64,000 nucleotides of DNA from Candidatus Hydrogenedentota bacterium (GTDB lineage Bacteria; Hydrogenedentota; Hydrogenedentia; Hydrogenedentales; SLHB01). Shown in pieces: positions 53,165 to 64,000 of this stretch. The notes below the pieces were generated by a model. That model had not been told where the DNA came from and did no database searches. It was given only the letters and a program-made list of their open reading frames with translations. How positions within the stretch are numbered: the stretch's first letter is position 1; every line of letters starts with the position of its first letter. Location: NCBI GenBank assembly GCA_963745075.1, contig CAVUWV010000010.1, positions 160,001-224,000 on the forward strand, in the 5' to 3' direction. The translations under genes and the position numbers were made by a program.

Positions 53165-53350
53165 ATGGCGATTCATTCTTGCGAAACCTGCCGTATGCGT
53201 GCCCACTACGAAGCACGGCCGAAGTCATTGCGGGGCCGGCTTTGGCGCTGGCACACCAGATGGTGCCCCGGCTGGAAAGCCTACCTCAAATCGTTAGCCG
53301 AAGACGAGAAGGCCGCCCTGCTCGATTCGTTGAACTTTCCCAAGCCCTGA
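53165..53350 (+). CDS. Small CxxC...HxxxC protein of unknown function
   Basis: CETC...GRLWRWHTRWCPGWKAYLKSL; G-rich RBS upstream. The pattern resembles a small hypothetical family as I recall it; not checked. Confidence 0.65.
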   Translation: MAIHSCETCRMRAHYEARPKSLRGRLWRWHTRWCPGWKAYLKSLAEDEKAALLDSLNFPKP

Positions 53351-53459
53351 CGGTACCCCAAACCGATAGCGCGAGCCGCGCACCCTCCTGTATAGTGAGT
53401 GGGCGAACTATACAGACCGCTACACGATCGAATCGTCATAACATGTGGGAGGGAATGCG

Positions 53460-54602
53460 GTGCGCGATGCTTTGGTCGGTTGCCTGCTGACCGCGATCCT
53501 GGTGATCCTTGCCATGACCGGCGGGGGTTTTGTGTACGTTTACTACCTCCGCGGTGGAGCGTCCGGGTCCGGGATCGACCATTTTCCCGGCGCGGGGGTT
53601 CGTATAGGGGGAGATAAACTCACGCGCCGGATCGTTCCCCTCGACGACCGGATTGACTACGTCACCGATATCATTCAGGCCGAATTAGACGCCGACCCCG
53701 GTCTTGACGTGGGCGTCACCAGCGCGGAAGGCGTTCTCATTCTCGACCCAACGTTTAACCAGAAACAATACGCCGCCATCCTGGAATACGTCTCCATGAT
53801 TCACTTCGTCTACCTTCCCGCGCGGGATCAGTATTGCGGGTTCAATGCCATAACCGGGGCGCCAAGGGCGCCCTTGGCCCTCTTCGATCTGACGGGCAGG
53901 CAACTATGGAAACTGGACAGCATCGCCAAAGAAGGGCATATGAACGTCGGAGACCTAAACGGCGACGGTGAGCCCGAGTTTTGCGTCATCTTCCACGGTG
54001 AAAAGAAGGAACATAAGAGCACGATTGTTGTTTTCGACATGTACGGCCAGGAACAGTGGCGCAAGGAGACGGGGGAGTTGGGCGCCATGGCCGTCGGTGA
54101 CGTGACGGGTGACGGTCTGGACGATCTGTGTGTTGTCAACGAAAAAGGGCAGATTGCCATTGAGCGGGAATCGGGGGAGCCCCAAGTCGTGAGCGAAGAC
54201 CCTTCAGGGACCCTGACGGTCTTTGATGTCGCTGGTTGGCCTTCCTCCGAGTCTGCGCAGAAGAACATCATACTGCCGCTTGAGGGCAAAGTCCTCGTGA
54301 TGGATTCGACCGGCCACGTCGTGCAGTCCCTGGACGCCCCCGACATGACGTTGCCCGCCGAGATTCGCACAGCGACCGTCGCCTTTGAAAAAGAAACGCC
54401 GGCCTGTTTGGCCGTTCTTGCGCTGGGGGACTCGTATGACTACGCCCACCTGTTCATCTACGAGCCCGACGGGACCTTGATGTACGACGAGGTGAATGGC
54501 GACTATTGCGTCGCCCTCGCGGCACTGCGCGATCCCGCAAGCGACACAACACAACTCCTCGTGGGGGGCAAGGACGTATTGTATACGTACTCGCCGTCGT
54601 AA
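53460..54602 (+). CDS. Membrane-anchored FG-GAP/beta-propeller-like protein
   Basis: N-terminal TM; GDLNGDGEPE and GDVTGDGLDD Ca-binding-like motifs. Start uncertain. Confidence 0.65.
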   Translation: MRDALVGCLLTAILVILAMTGGGFVYVYYLRGGASGSGIDHFPGAGVRIGGDKLTRRIVPLDDRIDYVTDIIQAELDADPGLDVGVTSAEGVLILDPTFNQKQYAAILEYVSMIHFVYLPARDQYCGFNAITGAPRAPLALFDLTGRQLWKLDSIAKEGHMNVGDLNGDGEPEFCVIFHGEKKEHKSTIVVFDMYGQEQWRKETGELGAMAVGDVTGDGLDDLCVVNEKGQIAIERESGEPQVVSEDPSGTLTVFDVAGWPSSESAQKNIILPLEGKVLVMDSTGHVVQSLDAPDMTLPAEIRTATVAFEKETPACLAVLALGDSYDYAHLFIYEPDGTLMYDEVNGDYCVALAALRDPASDTTQLLVGGKDVLYTYSPS

Positions 54603-54627
54603 TTCGGGCGTTGATCTGAACGAGACG

Positions 54628-57286
54628 TTATTGTGCGCTCTCGACCTGCTCGTAAAACGCTCTTCGGTGCGGTTCCCCGGCCTCGGCGAAATGCGTGATT
54701 CCCTCGCGTTCCACGATCGCTTTGAACCGCGCAAAGGTCCCGTCCGCCTTGGCCTGGACCGGCATCCGCTTGCACTTCAGGTACATGATCGGCAAACGCG
54801 CCATCTCCACACGCGCGCGAATTTCGGGCGTATCGGCGACGGTTTCGGCCCGATCGAAGATAGCCTCCGATTGTCGCACGAAATCGTCGCTGAACAGCGT
54901 GTCGTCGGGTTGGAGCCCCAGATGAATGTGCGTGTTCGGCGTCAGCCGTCCGTGCAGCAAATCGAAGTACTGCCGCACGTACTGCCCGGACCGGCCGTAG
55001 TATCCATACATGAAGTCATTGATCGTGGCGTCAACGTCGCAATCGTCCGGATCCCAGAGCAACTGCGCAATCAGATACGCGCGCAATTCCGCAAACTCGC
55101 CGCCCCGGCTCTGGTACGCGGCTTGTTCCATGATGCCAATGGCGTTATGGTCGCGGAAGAACTGAATGTTCGGCTTCAACACGCGGAAATTCGGGTACGG
55201 CATGATGTAATGGCTGAAGTTGACGACGTAGTCCCAGATGTAAATGTGCGGCGCGATCTTCGCCCAACCTTCCATGTCCTCGACAAAAGACGCGTTCTCC
55301 GGACACTTCGTAAACGGGTGCGCGAAGCAACACTCGATGCTGCAAAACCGCACCACCACGTTCTCTCTCGGTTTCAGGGTCGCACAGGGTTTGCGCGTGT
55401 AACTGTACGCCAGCGTGCCGATGTACTTGTCCGGGAACTCCTTCTCGACCGCCTCCGCGACCTGATTCACGAACCAGATGATCGGGCCGGACTGGCTGCC
55501 CTCGCGGTCCACGATCGCTTGGCAATTGTCGCACTGGCACGGATTGGACCAGTCGTTTTGCGAGACCGAATAGATCAGGTATTGCGGGTTTTCACGCATT
55601 ACTTTCTCAATCCGCTCGGTGATGATGCGCAACACATCGGGATTGGTCAAGCAGAGTTGCGCGCGATCGGCGGTACGCTTGCCGTCGATGAGGCTGTAGT
55701 ACTCGGGATGATCCGCGAAGAACTCGTCCGGCGGCATCAGCGGATAGAAGGTGTGCACCGCCCAGTACGCCTCGACGCCGCCCGGCTGTTCGCGGTAGCC
55801 CATGGCGCCGTTGATCCGGTTGTGCGCCGCCCAAATCGGATCGAAAGCCTCGAAGTAGAAATCGTTTCGTACCCGGATGCCCGGCTTTTCGGCGTGGTCC
55901 AGCCGGACGAAGGAGTACGTATCCTTTTTCGGCGTGACCGTGACGCGCGGCGTGTACCAGCGCACGCCGAGTTCCCGTTCGAGAAAACTCATGACGCCGT
56001 ACATGGTCCCTCGGTCCCGGCCGCCCCAGATGAACACGTCGCGATCCCACATTGCAGTACCGGAAGGACTCATCGCCGTCGTCGGGCGCGGCAACGTCCG
56101 GCAACGCGGCTTTGCACGCCGCACCGTATCCGACCACGATTCGTGGGCCGCCGTCGCTCGCGCTGTCGGCCAAGGGAAAGTCCGCGCCGCTGACCTCGCT
56201 CATCCAATGCTGCAACTCGCCCGCGGCCCAACCCTCGGAGTCGGATGCGTTTTCGGCCAGCACGATGCGGTAGTCCGTCTTTCCGCCGCTGAAGAGCACG
56301 TGCTCGACGCGTTTTCCGGCAGTAAATGGCTGCTGCATGGTGATCTCCTGGCCACCGGTAAATGCGATGCGAGCGGTCAATTCATACTCCTCAAACTGTC
56401 GTGTATCGATGGGAAGAACCATCTCGTCCTTGCGCGACCAGTCGCCTTGCCATACAACCTGTTCCGGTTGGGACACCGGTGCCACGACAAGCGAAGCGCC
56501 CTCAATGAACCCGTCCAGAAACTGTTTGGATTGAACGTAGTGCAGGTGGGGAATGCCGTCGGTATCGGTCCTCACCCGGAACGGTTGGAGGTTGTCCGCA
56601 ACCAGGGGAGAGGAAAAGGGCACCAGCCGACAGGCCAACTGCCAACGGTTGCCAAGATCCTCAATCTTGGCGAGAAGCGTGTTTCGTCCTTCCTGCAAGA
56701 CGACCGGCACAATGTCGTCGTCCATGCGAAGCCCGCGTCCGCCTGGGTGATCCCACACGCGCTCGCCGTTTAACCACACCTGCACGCCGTCGTTGGACCC
56801 CAGCGCCAGCGCGCAGGCCTGCCGATTCGGGCTTTCGATTTCACAATACGCGTACCCGATGACGGCGTCGTTCTTCGAAAGTGCTTCATCGAGGTCGACG
56901 AAATCGGTGTCCGAGTCGACGCGTTTCCAGGTCGCCGAGTTTCCGTCGACCGTCTCCACTTGTCCGATCGCGACGTTTGGATTCTTCTCGCCGCCGTGAG
57001 CGGTAAGGTAGTCCCGGTAAAACGATGCGATGCGAATGGTATCGATCGTTTCACCCGATTCAAATGTAAGGGGAAAGGGGCCGCACACCGCCCACGACCG
57101 CAGGTAGGCGCCGGAAGGTTCGTTGGTGTAAACGGGAATCTCCTGCGCGGCACACACCGCGCATGCGATAACCGAGACAAACGACAACAGAACGATCCAA
57201 TTTACCCCCGCTTTGTACCGATGGTTTGCGTTTTGACAGTTCATCGCAGTGAAGTCCCTCGCCATGGATCGATCCCCCAATTGCAT
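54628..57286 (-). CDS. DUF4838 domain protein with N-terminal PA14-like and GH67-N-like regions (frameshift near 56050)
   Basis: LGSNDGVQVWLNGE; GTMYGVMSFLE..LGVRWY; HPEYYSL, QLCLTNPDV, SQND...CQCDNC, TLAY, IWDY. Confidence 0.75.
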
Positions 57287-57364
57287 GCCCGTTGCCCGAA
57301 GCAGAGTAACATACCCGGAACTGCGGTCCCAAGGCAGGAGAAACCGGTGGGGAAGAAAGGGAGC

Positions 57365-57790
57365 CTATATCAATCGATTCCCGCGCGAGCCAATGGCTTT
57401 GGCAACGACCACGGACGCAAGTACACCGGCCGCGGTCACGGCAAGACCGGAGGCCACGAGCAGCGCACGTTCCACTTGGCGGCTTTCGCCAATTCCGGTG
57501 ACGCACCAGCGCGCAAAGTGCTCGCAGTTGTTGACAATGGCGCTATACCGGTTCTCACCCAACCGGCTCTCGGCCCGTTCGACGGCAACGTCCGGATGGT
57601 ACGCGCAGGGCTCGGGCACCGTCTTCACCCGCCCGTCCTGGGCGAACTCAGCCAAGGTCACCCGACGGACCGCAGCGTCTTTCCGGCGGAAGAGCGTTCC
57701 GTCGTATTGAATGACCGTCCCGTCGCCACAGTCCACTCCGTGGTGCCAGTAGCCGAAACGTTTCACGCGAATGTGTTCCCCGCGAGCCAT
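57365..57790 (-). CDS. LRAT/NC-domain (NlpC/P60 superfamily) acyltransferase/phospholipase-like protein
   Basis: YWHHGVDCGDGTVIQY ... YSAIVNNCEHFARWC; C-terminal hydrophobic anchor. Confidence 0.85.
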   Translation of the reverse strand: MARGEHIRVKRFGYWHHGVDCGDGTVIQYDGTLFRRKDAAVRRVTLAEFAQDGRVKTVPEPCAYHPDVAVERAESRLGENRYSAIVNNCEHFARWCVTGIGESRQVERALLVASGLAVTAAGVLASVVVAKAIGSRGNRLI

Positions 57791-57819
57791 TGTGTGATAA
57801 TCCTTTCGATGTGCGAAGG

Positions 57820-58689
57820 TCAGGCCGTCTTCTGAAGTACGCGCGTGCGGCGTGTGCGACCGTTCGTGCGCGACGCCTTGCGTTTCCGCGGCGGTCCCAT
57901 CGCCAGCCGTTCTGCAATGACCCGGTACACCTCCGGATTCCAGGCCAGGCCGCAATGGGTGCCGTCGACTTCGACGTCGGTATACCGGTCATTGTTAATG
58001 CAAACTTTCCAGTCCACAATCCCATCGCTCTTGGTATAGATGGCAACCTGCCGGATGGAATCTGGTAAGGTCTCTCCCCGCCAATTGCAGGCAAAACCAC
58101 ACGCGCACCGGCTGGTGTAACAGTCTTCCTCGTGAGGCCGATCCGGAGGGAACAAATGCCGCCGGTTGTAAATGCGTCGCCGCACCACTTCCGCCGTTGA
58201 CAGGATGAGCGGATGGACCCGCACCCCGCGGTACGGGGAGCCCAGCGTGATCACCGTCTGGATGAGTTCCGGATGCTCCGCCGCCGCGCCCCGGCACAAC
58301 ACGCCCCCGAGACTATGACCGATCAGATGGACCTTTTTGCCGGACTTTTCGTGCGCCCGCTCGATCGTCTCCACCAGATGCTGCGTTAGCAGATTCGGAC
58401 ATTCGGCGTTCTGCCCGATGCGCGACATGTACGGCTTGTACCCGATCCGCCATAGCCAGAGATACAGCTCGGTCAGATACAAGTCCACCCCGAGAAAGCC
58501 TGGCACGACGACGACAGCCGATTTGTTTCCCCGCGGAATACCGAATCCGTAGTACACCCGCGAGGCCTTCAACCGAACCCAGTCGTAGCCCATCCACGCC
58601 TCCTGCCAGATAGGCAGATCGGCTGATTCGTGGCCTGTCACCAGCAGGTTGTTGTTGTCCTGCACGCAGTTGCACTGCCTCCTAAACAA
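57820..58689 (-). CDS. Alpha/beta hydrolase (lipase/PGAP1-like)
   Basis: VVVVPGFLG oxyanion motif, GHSLGG nucleophile elbow, ITLGSP, SDGIV, GTHCGL. Confidence 0.88.
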   Translation of the reverse strand: MFRRQCNCVQDNNNLLVTGHESADLPIWQEAWMGYDWVRLKASRVYYGFGIPRGNKSAVVVVPGFLGVDLYLTELYLWLWRIGYKPYMSRIGQNAECPNLLTQHLVETIERAHEKSGKKVHLIGHSLGGVLCRGAAAEHPELIQTVITLGSPYRGVRVHPLILSTAEVVRRRIYNRRHLFPPDRPHEEDCYTSRCACGFACNWRGETLPDSIRQVAIYTKSDGIVDWKVCINNDRYTDVEVDGTHCGLAWNPEVYRVIAERLAMGPPRKRKASRTNGRTRRTRVLQKTA

Positions 58690-58866
58690 TTGCTCTGGCT
58701 GCGCTGATTATAACACAGTGCGACCTAATTATCGTTCCTTCATCGGCTTAGAGCGAATGTCCCGTCAGAATTGGGCTTTGCGTTCCTGTAGTTGTATTAC
58801 TAAGAAAAATGTGCTAACTTCTAATACGCGAGTTCGGGAGTCTGTTCAGGGGGAAGGGTGCTATCC

Positions 58867-61800
58867 ATGATTACACGTCTATTCTGTCTCGCCACCGCTC
58901 TATTTGTGCTCGTACCAAGCGCGTTGGCCGTACCCGTGGCGCCAATCGTCGTCACCGTGCAACAACCCGATGGATACACCTTTAACGTCCGCGCGCAAGG
59001 CGACGAGTTTGCGAGTTGGACCGAGACGCTCGACGGGTACACCGTGACGAGGCAAAGCGACACGTGGTACTACGCGATCAGGGCAACTGACGGAACCCTC
59101 ATCGCATCGCCCAACGCAGTAGGTGCGACGCCTCCGGCTGTGCGCTCCGCATTACCGTTACACCTGAGGCCTCCAACAAATCCGCGCGCATTCGAACCGC
59201 GGCAACTGCACCCGCTTGGGGTCACCGACGGCAGGAAATACCTCACTCACACCCAGAACATGGTGGCAGTTCTTGTCGATTATAGCGACATTTCATTTGC
59301 GTATTCCGATTCGCAGTTTAGAGAACTCATATTTGGATCGACCAGTAGCGTCTACGAGTACTACCGCGAAAACTCCTATGCCCATTTCCTCATCACGCCT
59401 GCGTCCGAAAGCTATGGTGTCGCCGGTGACGGCATCATTCATGTGACGCGGCCCGTGAACCACCCCAATATCGGCAAGGGAGATTCGAGAGCCGAGGCTG
59501 CTGCCATCTTTGACCTCGCGAACACGTACATCGACTTCCAGAGCTTCGACACGAACGGTGATGGTACCGTGGCATCCGATGAGCTGGCGGTTATTTTTAT
59601 TCTCGCCGGTTACGAAGGGGCCTATGGCGACGAATTTGCCTATACACCAAACGTCTTCGCGCACACTTGGCAGCTTGCTACCCCACTTGCTTTAGATGCA
59701 GTCGACGTTCGTCCCTACGCCATGTTTGGGGAACGGCATCGATTGACAGTCGTAAACGATCTCCATCAAGCCACTATTGGCGTTATGTGCCACGAGGCAG
59801 GCCATCTAATGTTAGGTCTTCCCGATCTTTACGATATCGACGATAATTCTCAGCAGCCAGTAGACGACAATTCAGATGGCGTCGGTAATTGGGGACTAAT
59901 GGGATCCGGGTCGTGGAATATGACCGGATCGTGGGACGGCGATCGCCCGGCTCATTTGTGCGCGTGGAGCAAGGTCGCTCTCGACATTACAACGCCGATA
60001 GACGTCACCATCCCCACGACGGGCGAATACGTCCTGCAAGCATACAATAAGTCGTCGATAAAGCGGCTTTGGGTCGATCCCTATCGTGTCCGTGAGTATT
60101 ACCTGCTCGAGAATCGACAACAAGTCGGTTACGACGCCGGCTTGCCGGGGAATGGGCTGCTAATCTGGCATGTCGACGATTCCCGTGTGCTGAATAACGA
60201 TGCCAGTCATAAGTGGGTCGACCTCGAAGAAGCTGATGGTCTTGCGCAGCTCGACGTGATAACGGACGGCAATTCGGGCGATCCGGGAGATCCATTCCCT
60301 GGAAGCTCCGACAATCGTGCTTTCACGGACACGAGCAATCCAAACTCCCGGGACTACGGAGCTGCCTCGACCGGTGTCGCCGTGACCAATATTCCGGACT
60401 CTTTTGCTTTCATGAGGGTCGATATCACGCCGAGTGTCACGGGCGGCACGAGAGATCATATTCGATACGATGAGGTCACCCCGCCCGTGTCTGTCCTGGA
60501 TTTTGGAACCAACGTTATCTGGACCGCCGTCCGATACACGAATAACACTCCCATGAACCAGCTCGATGGTTTCGAGATCTACAGCGGGGGCAATGCGACG
60601 GTGGACTTTTATCTTTACGAGAGTATGCTCTCAAACGTTCCCACGTCCTTGCTCCATACAGAGACCGGCTTCAGTGCCGTGCCGGGATGGAATCGTTTCA
60701 TTCTCTCCTCGCCTCAGGCGTTTCCGGCCTCGGCCGATCGGACCATAGTGCTCAAGATTGCTTCGGGTGCCGGCGTTGATGCGCATGTCGACACAATTGG
60801 CACGGCAGATAGCCGGTCATGGGTAGATCTTGATGGAAACGGGATTGGAAGTTATGCGCCGCTCAACACGATTGGCGATTTCTACCAGATCGCGCTTCTC
60901 GGTTTCAGGCCCGCCGTAGCTTCGATTCTCCGCTCGGATCCGTCACCCACCGGCGCGATGACGGTCAATTTCACGGTTACTTTCTCAGAAGATGTCACAG
61001 GCGTTGACGTCTCCGACTTCGCGTTGACCACAACCGGCGTTATCGGGGCGGGCGTAACTGCGGTCGCGGGGGAAGGAAATACCCGCACCATAACCGTCAA
61101 TCGGGGAATCGGCTCCGGAACCATTCGTCTCGATGTCTCCGATGACGATACAATCGTCAACATCGGTAATTCACCACTTGGCGGAATTGGGCCGGGCAAC
61201 GGCGATTTCACAACGGGTGAAACCTATACTATCGATGCGACCCTGCCTGTATTATCCGTAACACCAACCAAATTCGATGTCGGTTACGAAGCGGGAGATA
61301 GCGTTGTTACCGTGACCAACACGGGTGGTGGGACTGTGAACTGGTCGGTGGTTCCCGTTCCCTTCTCGAGTTGGAGCTATGGGCCGACCAGTGGTTCACT
61401 CCTTTCCGGCGCGAGCGATCAAGTAACAATCAGTCATGGCGAGAATACGTCTCCACGTTATTCGACAATGGGTACGTTCCGGTTTACCTCCAGTGGCGTG
61501 GAGGGAAGTCCCACGGACGTAGTTATCACGAAGGAGACCCGCTCCGTACCCGGCTCCATCCTCCATCACTTATCCGACAACCAACAGCACGGGGCAATTT
61601 ACCATTAGTTGGCAGAACGTTGGCGGATATGCGTATTACACGCTGGAACGTTCCAGCGATGGCGGCACAACATGGTCGCACTATTACTCCACATCTTCGA
61701 ACTCCTATCAAGTGAATAGCACCTTGCTTGGCGGCACGTACCGCTATCGGGTTCGCTCCGGTGGGCCAAGCAGTGAGTGGTGCACCGGTACGCACGATTG

Positions 61801-62428
61801 CGTCGTTCAGCTCCAACCGATTCTATCCGTTGGGCCCACGTACAACCTCGCCTATTCGCGAGTTGGGTCCGTGTTGTTGACGGTAAAGAACAGCGGGCAG
61901 GGCATTATGTATTGGTCGTCCTCGGGATCCCCTTGGTTATCCGGTTTCGGTTACGGCTCGCTTTCCGCGGGACAGTCGACCTCCGTGAGGATTTACTATG
62001 CGCAGAACACGTACCCAGCTCCGCGAATGGGAATAGTTGACTTTACGGCTGCCGGTGCAACGGGAAGTCCCGTGATGGTCCGCATTTCTCAGCCGGGAGT
62101 AGGTTTTTCGCTGAACGTACGGACGGGCAGTCAATCCGGCGGCACACCGGTCACCATGTCGGGCACCGGAGGCAGCGGTCTTCAAAGTGTCCTGTTTGGC
62201 GCGACCCCGGCTACCATTCAGTCGTCGACTGCAACGAAGATCTACGTATTGTCACCTCCGGGTGTGGGTATGGTTGATGTGACCGTTAATACCACTACTG
62301 GATCGGATACGTTGTCAGATGCGTTTACATATGTTGAAGAAAAGTCGGTGCCGCTGGCGGCATGGCCCCTGGCTCTCGCCTTGGGCGCGGCGGCGGTTGT
62401 TGCGATACGGCGGCGGAGACGCCCGTAA
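58867..62428 (+). CDS. Third M6 metalloprotease with Ig/BACON, FnIII and IPT/TIG domains and TM/Arg tail (frameshift near 61550)
   Basis: QPDG...GDE; IGVMCHEAGHLMLGLPDLY; EYYLLENR. After a 1-nt shift it continues PAPSSITYP...FTISW...YRYRVRS, then GGTPVTMSG; tail SVPLAAW-TM-RRRRR. Confidence 0.83.
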
Positions 62429-62742
62429 CGAGTATCGCAGAAATCAAAGTGAACCCATGCGTACATCTCAGACGCTTCGCTTCCCTGCGTTCCCGGGGCA
62501 GAATTCAAAGCCGCGTCCGATGCCCCGCTGTCGGAGGTGAAGGCCATCCGCCGGTACGCCGGGACAGCGTAGTTTGCCTTGCCGCGAATGGAAGACCCGT
62601 ATCTCACGCGAAACCCCCGTCTTACGAGGTTCAGAAAGTCTCTGTTGAACCGATTTCTCTTGACTAAAAGCGATATTTGTGATGCAATGAACCATGAGTA
62701 TCAGGGGGGAATGCTTTCGGTTCCTTCCGGGGAGTAGATGCA

Positions 62743-64000
62743 ATGTCCCAGCCCCATCTGCGACGGCGCCTGACCCCGATGGATGCCTTCTTTCTCTACA
62801 TCGAGCGGGAAGAGCAGCCCATGAGCGTCGGGTGTGTGGCGACGTTCGAGGGCGCGATTCCGTTCCGCGCATTTGTTCGGCACATTGAATCCCGTCTGCA
62901 TCGCATTCCCCGATACCGCCAGCGTGTCGTTCCCTGTCCGTTGAACGTTGGTCTGCCGACATGGGAAGCGGATCCCGACTTCGACATCCGCAATCACATT
63001 TTCTGCGTCAAATTGGACGCGCCTGGCACGGACATTCAACTGCGGAAACTTGCGGAAGAGCTGTTTGAAGGAACGCTCGATCGCGACAAGCCCTTATGGG
63101 AAATCTATCTGGTATCGGGTTTGGAGGGCGGCCGGACCGGCATGTTCACCAAAGTTCACCATTGCATGATCGATGGAATCGCCGGGGTCGAGTTGTTGAT
63201 GCTGATTCTCGACGCTTCTCCGGAGACGCGCCGGGAACGCAAGCGTCCTTACCGTCCCAAACCCATACCCTCAGCTGCGAGCCGTCTGTACGACGCGCTT
63301 TGGGATAACGCCGCGGACGGTGTCGAACACTGGACGCACTTTCAGCGCGGGTTAGCCGCCTACCTGCGTGGCCAGGATCGTGCCGCGTCGTGCGAATCCC
63401 TCGGCGAGTTTTTGAGCACCATCGGGAACCTGCTTTCGCCCATTCAGCGTTTGCCGTTCAACACGCCCTTATCCGGGCGTCGTAGGCTTGCGTACGGAAA
63501 CGTCTCGCTCTCGGAGGCCCAAACTATCCATCGGAACCAGGGCTGCACGATAAACGACGTCGTGTTGACCGCGCTCTGCGGGGCCGTACGGAGGTATCTG
63601 CGGGCCCACGACGAACGCATGCGCCGGACGATCCGCGTCATGGTTCCGGTTAACCTTCGCCGGAAAGACGAGCGGGGAGACTTCGGGAATCGCATTACCT
63701 TCCTGCCGGTCGAGATACCCCTGAATATTCTCGACCCGCTGGAACGGCTCCGCCGCATACACCGGATTACCGCCCAACTGAAAGCGGCCCGCGTCCCGGA
63801 AGCGATCGACCTCATGTTCAATTTCCTCCAGGGGTCGCCGCCCATGGTTCAGTCGGTGTCGCTCGGCACTGCCGCCAGCCGGGGCGGCCAGTTGCTGCTG
63901 GGGCTCGCTTCGCAGGTGCCGCCGCTACACCTGATCTGCACCAACGTACCGGGTCCTCAAATCCCGCTTTACGCGTTGGGGCGCCGCCTCGAGACCTATC
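62743..64000 (+). CDS. Wax ester synthase/diacylglycerol acyltransferase (WS/DGAT), 3' truncated by the window edge
   Basis: LTPMDAFFL, LDRDKPLWE, KVHHCMIDG (HHxxxDG), TINDVVL, MVPVNLR, FGNRI, TNVPGP; open to the end of the window. Confidence 0.92.
   Translation, partial: MSQPHLRRRLTPMDAFFLYIEREEQPMSVGCVATFEGAIPFRAFVRHIESRLHRIPRYRQRVVPCPLNVGLPTWEADPDFDIRNHIFCVKLDAPGTDIQLRKLAEELFEGTLDRDKPLWEIYLVSGLEGGRTGMFTKVHHCMIDGIAGVELLMLILDASPETRRERKRPYRPKPIPSAASRLYDALWDNAADGVEHWTHFQRGLAAYLRGQDRAASCESLGEFLSTIGNLLSPIQRLPFNTPLSGRRRLAYGNVSLSEAQTIHRNQGCTINDVVLTALCGAVRRYLRAHDERMRRTIRVMVPVNLRRKDERGDFGNRITFLPVEIPLNILDPLERLRRIHRITAQLKAARVPEAIDLMFNFLQGSPPMVQSVSLGTAASRGGQLLLGLASQVPPLHLICTNVPGPQIPLYALGRRLETY

Noticed and set aside
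51089..53400. tRNA-Arg as an integration site for a genomic island
   Set aside because: No integrase and no duplicated tRNA 3' end were seen in the window.

Overview
GC-rich bacterial chromosomal window. The gene content (DUF1559-type prepilin, Tat sulfatase, M6 proteases, DUF4838) suggests a PVC- or Hydrogenedentota-like lineage; this is inference only. From left to right it contains: the end of a polysaccharide locus (O-antigen ligase-like, GT4); a CNNM/CBS protein; a membrane protein-wHTH-UppS unit with a repeated palindromic operator; a B12 radical SAM gene; two tandem-duplicated M6 metalloproteases (one 2038 aa with kelch and 71-aa repeats); a Tat sulfatase; and an ECF sigma/anti-sigma-headed minimal type IV filament operon (2x PilC/GspF, GspE, three pseudopilins, DUF1559, no secretin). 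It continues with a GalE-like epimerase, a PAS/GAF hybrid kinase, kup, two REC/HD-GYP genes flanking a PD-(D/E)XK nuclease + Dam-type methylase pair, argDFGH, FmdB, DUF4203, SGNH/TPR, an M48 peptidase, ppdK, a sigma54-type pilin, tRNA-Arg(TCT), a URO-D-like gene, two small proteins, FG-GAP and DUF4838 proteins, LRAT + alpha/beta hydrolase, a third M6 protease and a partial WS/DGAT. All three M6 proteases end in an SVP-TM-polyArg sorting-like tail. Eleven genes carry frameshifts, concentrated at 42-50 kb and most likely long-read consensus errors. No CRISPR, rRNA, integrase or transposase was seen.
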